From Geosiphon pyriformis uo1 (lineage: Eukaryota > Fungi > Glomeromycota), in assembly GCA_016748015.1 (NCBI GenBank), contig JAAOMT010000664.1, forward strand, positions 935,518 to 999,517: a DNA stretch of 64,000 nucleotides, read 5' to 3'. A model generated the notes under the pieces. It was not told where the DNA came from. It was given only the letters and a program-made list of their open reading frames with translations, and searched no databases. Each line of letters opens with the position of its first letter. The first letter of the stretch is position 1. This document shows, in pieces, positions 1 through 12,313 of this stretch. A program made the translations under genes and the position numbers.

Positions 1-1151
1 TTGGAAACTTTAAATTTGAAGCAAGAATATGTTATTCTTACATAAGGATATATAATTATGATTGGGACCCATGCATACCTCTAAACCACTGAGCAACCAT
101 AATGCTTCAGATTGTACTGCCAAACTATACACAGGTGATAATTTGGGGTCTAAATTTGGAGGATCTGGTACAATTTCTGGTTGTACAATACCTTCCTCTA
201 TAGTTGTACCATTAACAGGTCCATTACTATTTTCTATAATAATAAATTTTTTAATACAGTGATGGAATAAAATAAGGGGTTCACGTGCGAAAAGTCCTAA
301 ATTTACCAAGTTTTACAACCACTGGGGATGGTCCAGGTGTGGCTGCGGGGGTTGGAACGGTCACTGGAATGGATGGTAATGGTTCCTCATTCTTCCAATA
401 TGACAGAAAAACGCCGGCCTATTCAATAGGTAACATGTTACATGGATAATGTTTCAGCGGCTAAATAATATAATGGAGCATTACGAAGATATTTCCGAGC
501 CCTTTTGTAAATCCTCTTGTTTGGAAGGATATTACCTACCGCACCTTTTGGACAGACTCCACTTGGGCATGTTTTTGATTTTGGGTGAGCAATTGTTTAC
601 CGTTCATTGATGCAAAAAAATCATATTTCCGAATATAGCCATCATCACCGCCAGTAAATATCCATCGCATATTCCTAGTGGCATCTAAAGAATAAATATT
701 ACAGCCGTGAATTGCCGCAACCTACAAGTATTAAAGAGAAAATCATTCATTTTATAAGTCTAAAGAACCTGCAGTAAAAATATCGTGATAAATTGCTTAA
801 AAAATAAATTCAATTTACCAGAGGAACAATATCATAAGTTTTGTACTCTTTAGCATTAGGCTGTGGCCTATGGGTTGACGATCCAGCCGTGATAGACGAA
901 GGATTATTAGTATTAGGGAATGACGGTTGTACAGAGTATGAAGAAGTATTAGTTGGGACAACTTCTTCAAAACCATCTACTGTGAGAACCCAAGAAAAAT
1001 TTGAGCAATGACCCAAATAAAGAAGCAAGAAAGTCATCAAAGGAAAAAGCAAAAAACCTTCTGATATAGGCGTTCGGTCACCACCTTCTCCATCGGATGT
1101 TTGGGGTGAAGGGTCTCTTGAGTCGTAGTCATCGTCGCTGTCGTTATCCAT
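1..1151 (-). CDS. SPT8: SAGA complex subunit Spt8-like WD40 protein, 5' part (multi-exon, runs off the left edge)
   Basis: Acidic N-terminus MDNDSDDDYD. Spliced reading: TYDIVPL|VAAIHGCNIYSLDATRNMRWIFTGGDDGYIRKYDFFASMN...VQK|AGVFLSYWKNEE...LSPVYSLAVQSEALWLLSGLE. GT-AG introns at ~1057-980, 818-722 and ~544-420. Confidence 0.8.
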
Positions 1152-1631
1152 AACAAAATAATTGTGCTTTTGGGTATGTTGTGGAAAATTTCAAAGTTAG
1201 TTTATTCCGTAAAGTGCCGACTCGCCTTTTGTTCTATTTTTGGAAAGAAGTGCATCAGGGGTCTTTGCTTCACCCTCGTGAAGTATGCCACCATAAAAAT
1301 ATAAAATCAAAACTTTTGAAATCTTAAAGTAATAAAATAAATAGTTAATAAATTAAAATATTTATTGTTTATTTATTATATTTTTAAAATTTTTATAAAA
1401 GTTTAAAGGATGAATCTAGTTGTAACAACCTGTTACATGAAACAACCTTGGAAATGGCTTCAATTAGGATCGGAAATTTTATTAAATTTTAAAAAAATAA
1501 CATGTAATAATGATGTGTTTTATTTATTTTTATTGGACAAATTAAAGTTGGATCATTAATTTCACTAGAAATAAATGCAATGTTTAATTATTGCAAAGTA
1601 AGAAATAAACAAATAATTGACTAAATCTTAC

Positions 1632-3265
1632 CTAATTTTGACATCTTGTACTATTGTGTCTTGAAAGATCACATCTACTACAAGTATATTTTGTGCATGG
1701 TTTTCCTTTTTTTTCAGTAGGAGACTTATAATGTTTAGTTTCTGAATGTTCTTTACATTATAATACTAATGAATTTTCAAGTTGTTCAAGCTTATTTTTT
1801 TTATTGGCATTATTAACTTGATTGTTCTTCAAAACTTGGTCTTGATTTTGAAGTATAGACACCACTTTTTTATGTTGGTCAATAAATTGTCTTAATTATA
1901 TTATTATCTCATTATAATTGTTATGTTCAATAACAAACTAAGCAATTTGTTATGTAAGTTCTTACAATTTACCATATTTTTGTTTTCTCTGTGTTATAAG
2001 ACATAAAACATTAATAATAGTCTTAAATACAGTTAAAGTATTTAAGATTATTATTTTATTAAAAGAATTTATTGTAGTTTCTTAATTTGTAATGTAAAAA
2101 ACTTTAATAACTAAATTATTGTCTTTTTTTTATTAATATACTATTATAAAGATATTATTTGAATATAAAATCCTGTAATTTTTGAATATAATATCACTTG
2201 AAAATAATGGCAACAAACAATATTATAAAATATACTAGATAAACATAAACAAAAGTAAAAAACAGAATTAACAATTATAATAAAATGTGAATGCTTGCTG
2301 TTTTCTGGCCATAGATTTGTGATCTTTCATATTTCTTTGATGTTTTTTTCATTGATTTTAGTAATTATTAATTTCAATAAAATTTGTTTCATGTCATACA
2401 AATTTTTAATGAAATTATTTATTATATTAAGACTAGAATCCTAAATATCAAAATTTTGTTTGATAAATAACTTAAAAAAATACACTAAAAAATAAATTTT
2501 CTTACTTTATTATAAGTATTAATATTTAATAATAATTAACTTACAATAAAGTATAGATATTATAATATTTCTAAATATTCTATAGATAAGATATAAAGTA
2601 TAAAGTATTAAGTTATTTGTTTGTCAACCTTAGAAAAAAGATTATAGCCAACTGACATAATTTTCATACAAAATAAGAGTGTACAATATTCAAAAAAATG
2701 ATTTTATTTTGTCTTATTTTCAAGTTTTACATCTAATACATCAACAAATTGCACAAATTGCCATTTGCTAAAAGTATATGTTTAATAATAATATTAAGAT
2801 CTTTAATATAAGAAGTAATTTGAGTTTCTGCAGTAAATATTTTTGATGTAAATATACAAACCTATGTTTATTGGCTGGAATAAAGAGCTTTTATTAAATA
2901 ATTTTTAATATTAACATATATTTCAGTAAGTTATAACTATTATTTATAGAAATTTTTTTTATATAAGCTATTACAACATAGAAAAAAATCATGAAAAAAG
3001 CTTTTATATTGATTGTAAAGCTATAACTTGAGATTTTTTAATAAGTTTTCATTAATGTAAAAAATACAATAAATTTATTAAGTTGTTTTATATATTTAAA
3101 CAACTGCTATATTTGTTATAGGATCAATATTGGTAATAAACACTAATAGTTCTGTTATTGTTGCTTTTTTTGTGTATTCTAGAATCTATTTATATGATTT
3201 AGTAGTTTTATCTAATACAAAAACTTGTGCAATAAGACAAAATCTTGTGTTATTGTTTACAATAC
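1632..3265 (-). mobile_element. Degenerate Mutator/MULE (FAR1-like) transposase relic
   Basis: Stop-riddled motifs in the expected order: NNNTRFCLIAQVFVLDKTTKSYK*IL...VFITNID...YCIFYINENL (DDE core), FTSKIFTAETQITSYIKDLN, VCCHYFQVILYSKITGFYIQII (SWIM finger), KQKYGKL*EL, and C-terminal YTCSRCDLSRHNSTRCQN* knuckle. Confidence 0.75.
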
Positions 3266-4420
3266 AACAAATCTTATTGCCAGTATTCAATAACTGATTT
3301 ATAATACAAGTTTTCTCACCAGTTTTTTTTAAAAGAGCCTTAAGATTATGTGCAGTTGTTTTTATAAACAAAGTAAACAAAAATGCCCTAAACTAATCTT
3401 TAAACATTCAAATATCCTGATTTTCTATAGTCTTTGCCATATATACAGAGTTTTTTTCAATAAAAAATAACCACTTAGAAGCCAAATAATTAGCCTATCC
3501 CAATTTAATAAACTCTACTATAGTTTTTTGTTATAATCCAATCAATTATAATTGAATTAATACTATTTAACCAAACTCAGAGAAAACTGCAATGATTATT
3601 TTCTTTGGTATATTCATAAAAATTTTTTTAATTATCACAGCCTAATCTGAATAAATTTTTTGTTTTTTGAGATTACTGTTTATAATAATTCTTTTTTTTT
3701 TAGCCAATAAAATAGTCTTTTCCATATTTTTCTCTAATGTAAATGTTAATCTAATGATTTCTTCAAATTTTGAAAAAGTAGTGATCTTTTTAAAACTATT
3801 GATTACTGAAAAAATTTTTCTGCTTACTTGTGTTTTTGCTATTGCCAATTTGCTATCTACAGCTAAAAAATTAATGTCCAAGACAAAAAACTTTTTAATA
3901 GGTACTTCAATCTGGATTTTAACAATTTTAATTTACTTTCTGTCTAAAAGAATAAAGAAACAAAAAAAAAAAAATCTCATTATTATTATTTATGTTATAA
4001 GTAAAAAATCCAATTAGAAAGTTAACTGTAGTACTAATATTAAACCATTTAGCTTTAAGAGTATTTATCTTTGATTCTGACTTTTTTTTACTCTTGTTAT
4101 TAATATTATAGCTAACATCTATACCAGAAAAAATTACCAAAAAAGTATTTTTATTCATATCTATTTTAATAAACTGACCAAAAACATGACCAGACCCATC
4201 AAAACTCAAATTTGTTTTATCACTTAAATGTTTTACAATTTTAAAGAAGACTTTTTGCTTTTGAAACAAGCACCAAAATCATTTATAATAGTCATTAGTT
4301 TAGCAACAAAGAAGTTAAGTTCTTGTGAAATATTGAAGTATATAACAGTAAAAAACAAAAAAAACTTTTTTCAAAATTTTTGACTTTTTTTTGGAAATTT
4401 AAATAAAGAAATAAAAAAAA
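3266..4420 (-). mobile_element. Degenerate 5' fragment (5'UTR plus ORF1) of a LINE related to the 4.9-13.3 kb element, inverted orientation
   Basis: DINFLAVDSKLAIAKTQVSRKIFSVINSF and TTAHNLKALLKKTGEKTCIINQLLNTGNKICC align to ORF1 at 5018-6463. The reverse complement of 4320-4420 resembles 4900-5030. Confidence 0.85.
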
Positions 4421-5017
4421 TTTTTTTTTGATATTATTATTATTAATTTTAAAAACAAATTAAATTAATAAAATAAAAATTCAATTATTGTTTTTTAAAA
4501 TTATTGCTAATTTTAATAATAATTAAAAATTTATTACAAATTGGCAATTTTTTTTTTAAATAGATAATTTTTATTTTAATGTTATTATTAAAATCAAAAT
4601 AATTTATATAGTTTTGTTAAAATTAAATTAGTTATTAAAAACAATATTAAGCTTTTTGTATAAAATTTGTATTTTAAATTTTTCAATTATTGTCAAAAAT
4701 AACAATATTAAAATTAATTTTAATTAATTATTTAATAAATTTTTTAAATAAAAAAACTTTTATAAATATTATTTAATTGTTTTTATAATAAAAAAAAATT
4801 AAAATAATTGTATTAATAAAAATTTAATTTTTATAACAATAAATTAATTTTTTAATATAAATAATACTATTTATTAATTAAATAAAAATAATTAAGTAAA
4901 CTTCTTTCTTTTTTACTTCCAAAAAAACCCCAAAAAGCATTTTTTCGAAAAAAAAATTTTTTATTTTATTTTTTTTTACTGTCTCTTACAAACATTTCTC
5001 AATCAAATAATTCTTTT

Positions 5018-6867
5018 GTGGTAAATCTGGCTGCTGCTTCAGGTAGTATTATGCCTAAAAAGAAGGCACCCATAGGAGTTCTTTATGATTCTGTTGGGGA
5101 TTCTTTCTCTCAAAAAAAAAGGGTTTCTGTTGGTAATGTCAAACACTCTGGAAATGAAAAAGATATTTCTTTGGTCAAACCTAATCCTAGTTATGGTATG
5201 TATTCGGATATAGACAGTGTATCTGGTGATAGTGGAGACAATGATATTTCTCTTTGTGTTGGCAATAGTTCTTTTTTTGGTTTGGCGACAAACATCCCTA
5301 AAGCTAGAAAAGCAACTTTCAATCTGGTTTGTGGCTCCCTTTTTGGCTTAATTGATTATAGAATGAATAAAGATGATGTACTCCTCCCTCTCTTTCTTAA
5401 AATTTCTCTTGAAAAAAAATGGGTTGACCCAAAAATTGTCAAATTTCAAATTGAAGTTTCTGTCAGAAAGTTTTTTACTCTTGACATTAATCTTAGTGCT
5501 GTTGAAGGGAAATTTGTGACGGCAAAGACTCAATACATCAGAAAAATTTTTTCTTCAGTCAATGGTTTTGGGGGAGCCACTACCTCCTTAAAATTTGAAG
5601 GAATCATCCAATCGACATTTACTTTAGAAAAAAGCATAGAAATGGCTGCATCATTGGCCAGAGAAAAGGGGATCGATGTAAACAGCAATCTTAAAAGACA
5701 AGAAATGAGATCAGATCAGGCTGTAGTGATTATAAAAATTCCCATGAACACACTTAAAGATATGATTGTCACTGCAGTATCTGAATTTGGAGAAATTAAG
5801 TCAATCAAAATTCAACTAATTGGGATGTGGCAAAAAGCTATGATGGAGTTTGCTAAATTAAGCCAAGCTGATTTGTTAGCCTCTAAGTAGTTATTCCTGA
5901 TTGGTAAAGATTCTGTGCGCATAGCCAAAGCAGTGAGAAATCATAAGACTTGGGCATTAAGGAATTGTTTCAGGGCATTTTTGTTTACTTTACCAGTGGG
6001 AACAATAGCACATAATTTTGGAACTCTTTTGGAAAAGACTGGTGGGAAAACTTGCATTATAAACAGATCTCTGAAAACTGATAATAGAATTTGTTGTGCT
6101 ATAGTTGGTTTTGAATCTAACAATAATCTAGAATCTGCCTTTTGTATGGAGCTAATTTTTGGTGGAGTTAAACTCTCTTGGACAAAAATGGATCTGGTTT
6201 GGTGTGAAAAATGCAGAAAGTTTGGTCATTCTGCTCTGAAATATAATGCATCTGTTGTATTTCTATTTGAGCCTTCAAGAACATTTAAAAGAGTTGCATC
6301 TGATGGACGTTATCTCCAGTTGGCAAAGTTGTATGAAAAGAAAGGTGTTCCAATATCTTGCCGTGCTACCTTTGGTGGCAAATCTTGGGCCCAGGTGGTC
6401 TCACTTGCTGGTCCTTCTGATGGTTTTTGTTTCAGTTTTGGTTCTGGTTTTAGCTTGCTTTAGATAACAACTCTTCTTTGAATGCTTGTCTGGCCACTTT
6501 GGAATGTTCCTTAGAGCTCTTAATAGATTGGGTGTCTGGTATATTAAAAAAGTTGAGTGACATAGAACTGGTACTGATGGCAACCCCTTTTAGTGTTCCT
6601 CTTTTAGCCACTTTCTTCTCTTTGGTGCTGCATTTGGATGTGGATATGGCTGTGTATAATATGTCATTGGCTTCTGCTCCTCTTCTCTTAACTGTTAATG
6701 ATGTGATCCTTGGTTCTAGCTTGAGTTTTTTCAAGATTTTGACCTCCAAGATGAATGGATTAGAATCAAAAATGGTAGCTTTTGAGGTCTCAATCAGTTT
6801 GGTTTTGGATAGGTTAGATCATTTGTGTTCTGGTGTGGGTTTCTCAGCTCCTCTTTCATCTCAATGA
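5018..6867 (+). pseudogene. LINE ORF1 (gag-like nucleic-acid-binding protein)
   Basis: RRM-like segment (VIIKIPMNT...VSEFGEIKSIKIQL) and degenerate knuckle CEKCRKFGHSALKY. Broken by a TAG at 5888 and a frameshift near 6465. Confidence 0.8.
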
Positions 6868-7020
6868 GTAGTTTAATATGGAAAGTGGCTATGTGTAATG
6901 TCAGAAGCATGAACAATTCTGCCAAACAGGAATATATTGTTCAATAACATAAAAATATGGACAATTTGGTTTCAATTTTCATGAAAACAAAGTTAAGAAA
7001 TAAAGCTTGCCCTTGGTTGG

Positions 7021-7950
7021 TATTACCAGAGGTTTTTGGTCTTTTTTCTTGAATGTTGTAAATGTCTGTTGGTTGCAAATTCACGTTTTCTAGAAATAGT
7101 TGAATTTCCACTAACTGAATTTATCTTCAAATTATTTTTTATAATTTGAACTTGCTGGGCTTATAAGTGGAATGGCCAATTTCTTGTCAGTTACTTTATG
7201 TAGTTACATTGTAGTAAACATCAACTCTTTCCCAGGAATTGCTCATCTGGAAGCTCACTAAAAATGTATAGTTACTTTGCTATAAAAGTCAACTTTTCTA
7301 CAGGAATCTCATCTATAGGCTACCCTAATGATTATAATAAGAGAATAAAAGAAAAGTAAAAGAAATATAAAAGAAATTGAATTCTGTTAAAAGAAACGTT
7401 TTTTATTCAGGTCTGGAGTCACTAACAGTTTACTGAAATTGATAGCTAATCAATTTTAAAACATTAGTTGGGTTTTGGGGATTTTCCAAGTGCAATAATT
7501 AAAAAATTTGGTTTTTTAAATTATTTGATATTTATTTCTTTTTGTGTGTGTAAGAATGGTTCTAAGTGATAAATCTAAAGTAAGATACATTTTCTTGAAG
7601 AAAAAAGCTCTTTTTTTATACAACTTGTTGTAGTACTAGTCTATGAACTTGCACTTTTTCTCTTTGCTCAAATTTTGGCAAATTTCTATAAATTTCGATG
7701 AATTTCTTATAAATTTCAGCAAATTTCTGTAAATTTTGGCAAATTTTTGAATGTTACAAAGTTCAGGGTATTGTGTAATTTGATCATTCTACTTTTTGTT
7801 ATACTAATTAGATTATTTAATTGAATTGTGATATGTGATAATTGATTAAATAATAAATAATAATTTGAAATAATATTAATATACTAATTAATTATAAGAA
7901 TTATAAGAGTAATTTTATGCTAATTAATAGCTAAAATTCTACTGGTAACA
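7021..7950. mobile_element. Solo-LTR-like insertion (930 bp) inside the LINE endonuclease domain
   Basis: Termini TATTACCAG...CTGGTAACA (inverted, one mismatch). Perfect 5-bp TSD GTTGG (7016-7020 and 7951-7955). Removing it restores KACPWLVNKFNNVHVF. Confidence 0.85.
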
Positions 7951-10900
7951 GTTGGTTAACAAATTTAATAATGTTCATGTGTTTTGTTCTGGTTTGGACT
8001 CTGACCATGTGGGTGCTGGTGTTGCAATTGTTATGAACAGATCCTTGGCTAAACATGTGTATAAGGTTTCTGAGATCTCAGGTCGTTTTCTTTGTATTAA
8101 GTTACTTTTCAAGAATAAACTTTCGGTTTTGATTCTGGGACTGTATGCTGGTGCCTCCTTGGCTACTTAATTTTCTCAGGCTGATGAAATCAATTCCTTG
8201 ATTGCAAGAGCTATGAATTAATCTTCTTTTGTCATTTTTGGTGGTGATTTCAATGAAGACAGCTTTCATAAGTGCGCTAGTTTTAAAAAGTGCCATGATT
8301 TGGATTTGGTTAATTTTTTAGGTGGGAGCTTTTTTGCTAAGGTGCTAACTTAGAGCAATTTTTGGGGTGTTGCAAAAACAATTGATTATGTGTTTGTTTT
8401 CTCAAATCTGGTGAATGTAATAATACAGCATGATGTTTTTATCGTCAGTAAATATTTTGATATGGATTACAGAGCTGTTTCTGTGTCTTTGGGTTTGGAT
8501 GGCCTTTTAGATGCAAAATTAAACTCTTTTCACAAACAGGCAAATAAGGATCGATGGAAGTTCAATTTCAAGAGTGCTAATAAGATTAAATGGAATAATT
8601 TTAAAAGTTCTACACTGACTAATGCTACAATGTTCTCGGGTGAATTCACTGCATCTGTGAGGTTTTTGGATTTGGATGCTATATGGTGTGTTATGCACAA
8701 AGTTATGACTCTTTTGGCTAACAAAATTTTCAAGAAAAAGTGGTTTAAAGAGTTTGATGAAGTTTTCACCAGAAATTCCTCAAAATTTCATAGATTAGAG
8801 CTTTTAATTTCTAAGATTGTTAAGGTTTTACATGAAGAAGATGCTGAAAACTTTGTTTATCTTATGAAATGCTGGAGTTCTGTGGACAATGTCAAGTCTT
8901 CTGTTGTTCAAAATCTGGTGGATTCTGGTGCTGGTTCTGATCATATTTGTTCTGCTCTTTTTGGTGTTAGGAAGTCTTATTGTGCTTCCAAACTCACTGA
9001 ATCTCTGAGAGCTAAGGAAGCAAATATCAAGTCTGCCATTAATAAGAGAATGGAGAGCTTTGAGGTCAACAAAAATCATACAATCAGAAGTGTATTGGAG
9101 CATCCATTTCGTAAAGTGGTGCTAGACCATCTGGTGGTTAATAATGATCTGATTTTGGAACCTGATTTAATTAAGTTTAAGATGAATGTGATAAGTCTGT
9201 TCTAAATATGCTTTTGGTGATTTTGAACCTCTGTCTGTCTGATGAATTGGTGTCTGGTTCTTGGAAAGAGGCCTGGGTCTCAATGATTCCCAAATCGTAT
9301 GAGTGGGAGAGTGTTTTAACCAATATTTGTCTTATTGTTTTGATCGAAATGGCTTGTAAGATTCTTTCTAAGGTTCTTTCTGACAGGATTTCCTTGGCAT
9401 GTAGTGCTTTTGATGGTCTTTGTGGGGACAATTTCTCAGTTTTAAAAAGTATAACAACTCAGTCTCCTATTTTCACAATTGGTTTGGTGGTTAAAGACAC
9501 TTTGGAAAAAGACTAAGAGCTCTGGCTAGTTCTGCAGAACATGCGGAAAGCATATGATTCAGTTGGCTGGAAACATCTCAAAAATAGTTTGATCAGGATT
9601 AAGATGTGTAGTAAATTCATTCATTTTTTTGGCAACATTCACAATAATTATACCAACTGGGTTATGACAGATTTCAGTTTGACGGATGGTTATTGTGTAC
9701 ATGATGGCCTGAATTAAGGAGAAGTTTTCTTTCCTTTTTTGTGGTGAATATTTTATGATCCTTTATTGTGTGAAGTCAAGCATCAAGAAAGTATATGTAG
9801 ATATAGGCTGAATTTTCATTTTATTTCCAAGAATGGTCATGCTGAATCTTGGGCTGAGCATTCTTCCTTTTTTGCTGCTGGCACCTTTGTGGATGATGCA
9901 ATTTGGGTTGGTAGCAATCAAAGTGCTATTCAACATATTCTTAATGTTGCCAGTGAGTTTTTTCAGATCAATAATATCTCAATTAACAACGACAAAACAG
10001 TGGTGATTCTTATTAACAGCAGAATCAACAATCCTTCTCTTTCTATCAGTGGTCTACCTATTTCAATCACCAAAAAGGAGGAGTTTTATAGATACTTGGG
10101 TATTTTTCTTTTGACTGAGGGTCTTTTTAAACCTAGTTTGGTGAAAGCATATTTAGATGTTTGTTTTTTTACTAATTTGGTATTAAAAAAAGCTGTCTCA
10201 GATAAACAGTTTTTGTATTTGGTTTTGGTGGTTCTTTACCTTATTGTAAGTTATAGAACACAGTTTAGCTTTGTTTCTGTTGGTGTGTGTGACAAATGAG
10301 ATGCTTTGATTTGTAAGGGCTTGAAGCTAAAATTTGGTCTTCCACAAGACTTTCCTAGTGATACAATTCATCACCCTTCCTTTTATGGTTTGAAGTCTTT
10401 TTTGCAGTGTCAATCTGAGAGTAAGATTGCTTTGCTTATTAGTTTTGCAAACTCTGGTGGGATTTTGGGGCATTTGTTCAGTTATAGGTCTCATAACTTA
10501 CAGGTTTTGTGTTGGTGACCTGTCCATCTATTGGTTTTCTCTGCTCATATTCATGTTAATGTTTCCAATAATTTCTTAACTAATATAGTTCACATTTTTT
10601 TTGACTACAAGTTGTCTTTGGGTGGCTTTTTGGCCAGCTCTTTCCAGTTTTATGGTGGAGTACCTATGTTTGTTGTTCTTGGTGAATCTTTGTTTTACAA
10701 GTTTTTATCTTCTCTCTGGCATTATGGCATTGTCTTTGTGAACCAGCTTCATGATTGTTATGGTAGTGTCTTTAGCTGGCACATCTTTAAGCAGTGGAAA
10801 AGGCTGGACCCTTATGGTCTGGTTCTTGAGTGGTTCGAACTTTCTGTTGCATTTTTTGTGGCTCCTTATTCTTCTTCTTCGACATCAGCTAGTGTTAACT

Positions 10901-11466
10901 CTCTGGACATTTGTTGTTCTGATGATTTTGTATTTGTCTGTAATCGTCTTTCCTGGGTTGGCACTAATAGCTTGTCTGTGTACACAGATGGTTCATTGAA
11001 GAATTTGGGCACAATTGGTTGTAGAGCTGGAGCTGCTGTCTTTTTTGAGGACATTAATTTGGATTTGGGTGTTGGTGTTCAGAGCTTAGTGTCATCCACT
11101 TTGACGGAGCTATGGGCTATAGCATTGGCTCTAGAGTGCATGCTTGTGGCTTGTTCTGTCTATCTGTTTTCAGATAATTAGGCAGTTTTGAATGTTTGCA
11201 GATTGGAGTCTGACCTAATGAGTCCTGATTTTTACAATTGGTGCTGAATTGAGCATCAGCATATCAGAAATGTTATTCATAGTAAGAATTTAAGAGTTAA
11301 ATGGCACAAAATTAAGAGCCACTCTGGTATTTCGGAAAATGATTATGCCAATAGTCTCGCTAACACTGCATCTCTCTCCAGTCGGTATCTTCCTCCTTGT
11401 GTTAGTGAACATTTTTTGTTGGCAGATGATGGTGTTGTTTCTGGTAATTCTAGGCATTTTGTTCGT

Positions 11467-12313
11467 TATTACAGGTGATTATTTCTGCTGTTTAATTAAA
11501 TAACAAACCCATAACTTGGTGCTCAAAAGCTACTTCTGTGGATGAGATTCTGCAAGTATTGTATCTGAAGGTTTTGATGGAGTTCTTTGTATAATGGACA
11601 GAGATTCAATAGTGTTGATAGTAGATATATCTTTTCAAGAGTTTTCCTAATTTCTTTTTCAGTGTGGTGGCCGGATTTAGTCTGGCAGTTGTGCTCTTCT
11701 GGTAAGCTATCCAATAATATATAAAATTCTACTCTTATTTCTGGGTCTTTTACCAGACTATCCTTGACATTAATAATTCAGTGCTTAATCTTTTAATCAA
11801 TTAGTATACAACAACAAAATCAAAAAGAAAGAAAATAATATAAAAAAATAAAAATAAGAAAATAGAGAAAATAAGCCAAGACAATTTGGTATGTTAGTAT
11901 CTCATCAATAGCTGTGATCAAAAGCTATTGTTCCAGTGTGGTTAAGTATCAATTACTATCAACATGAAGTGTTGATAGTAGAAAATAGGTTGAAATATGG
12001 AATAATTATTTATTTGATGATTGAAAACTGGAATGTTGCTTAGATTAAATCTAAACTGAGAGGTCTGTCTTTTCAGCTTCTAATTCTACTGCTATATATA
12101 CATAATTAAGATTCCTCAATTTCTCAATTTTTTGTGACAGGAATCCTGGAATTCTTGGAATCCTGCAATTCTTTGTCGGGGAATCCTAAAATTCCTGGAA
12201 TTCTGCAATTCTTCTGAAAGAAATTCTGGAATTCTATATTTACTATGTCTACCTCTGATTGGCTAATATCTATTGACTAATAATACTATATTTTCTATAT
12301 TCTATGAGTAACA
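11467..12313. mobile_element. Second solo-LTR-like insertion (847 bp) in LINE ORF2
   Basis: Termini TATTAC...GTAACA. 4-bp TSD TCGT/TTGT (one CpG transition). Removing it restores SRHFVRDVFYAVCHVHW. Confidence 0.8.
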
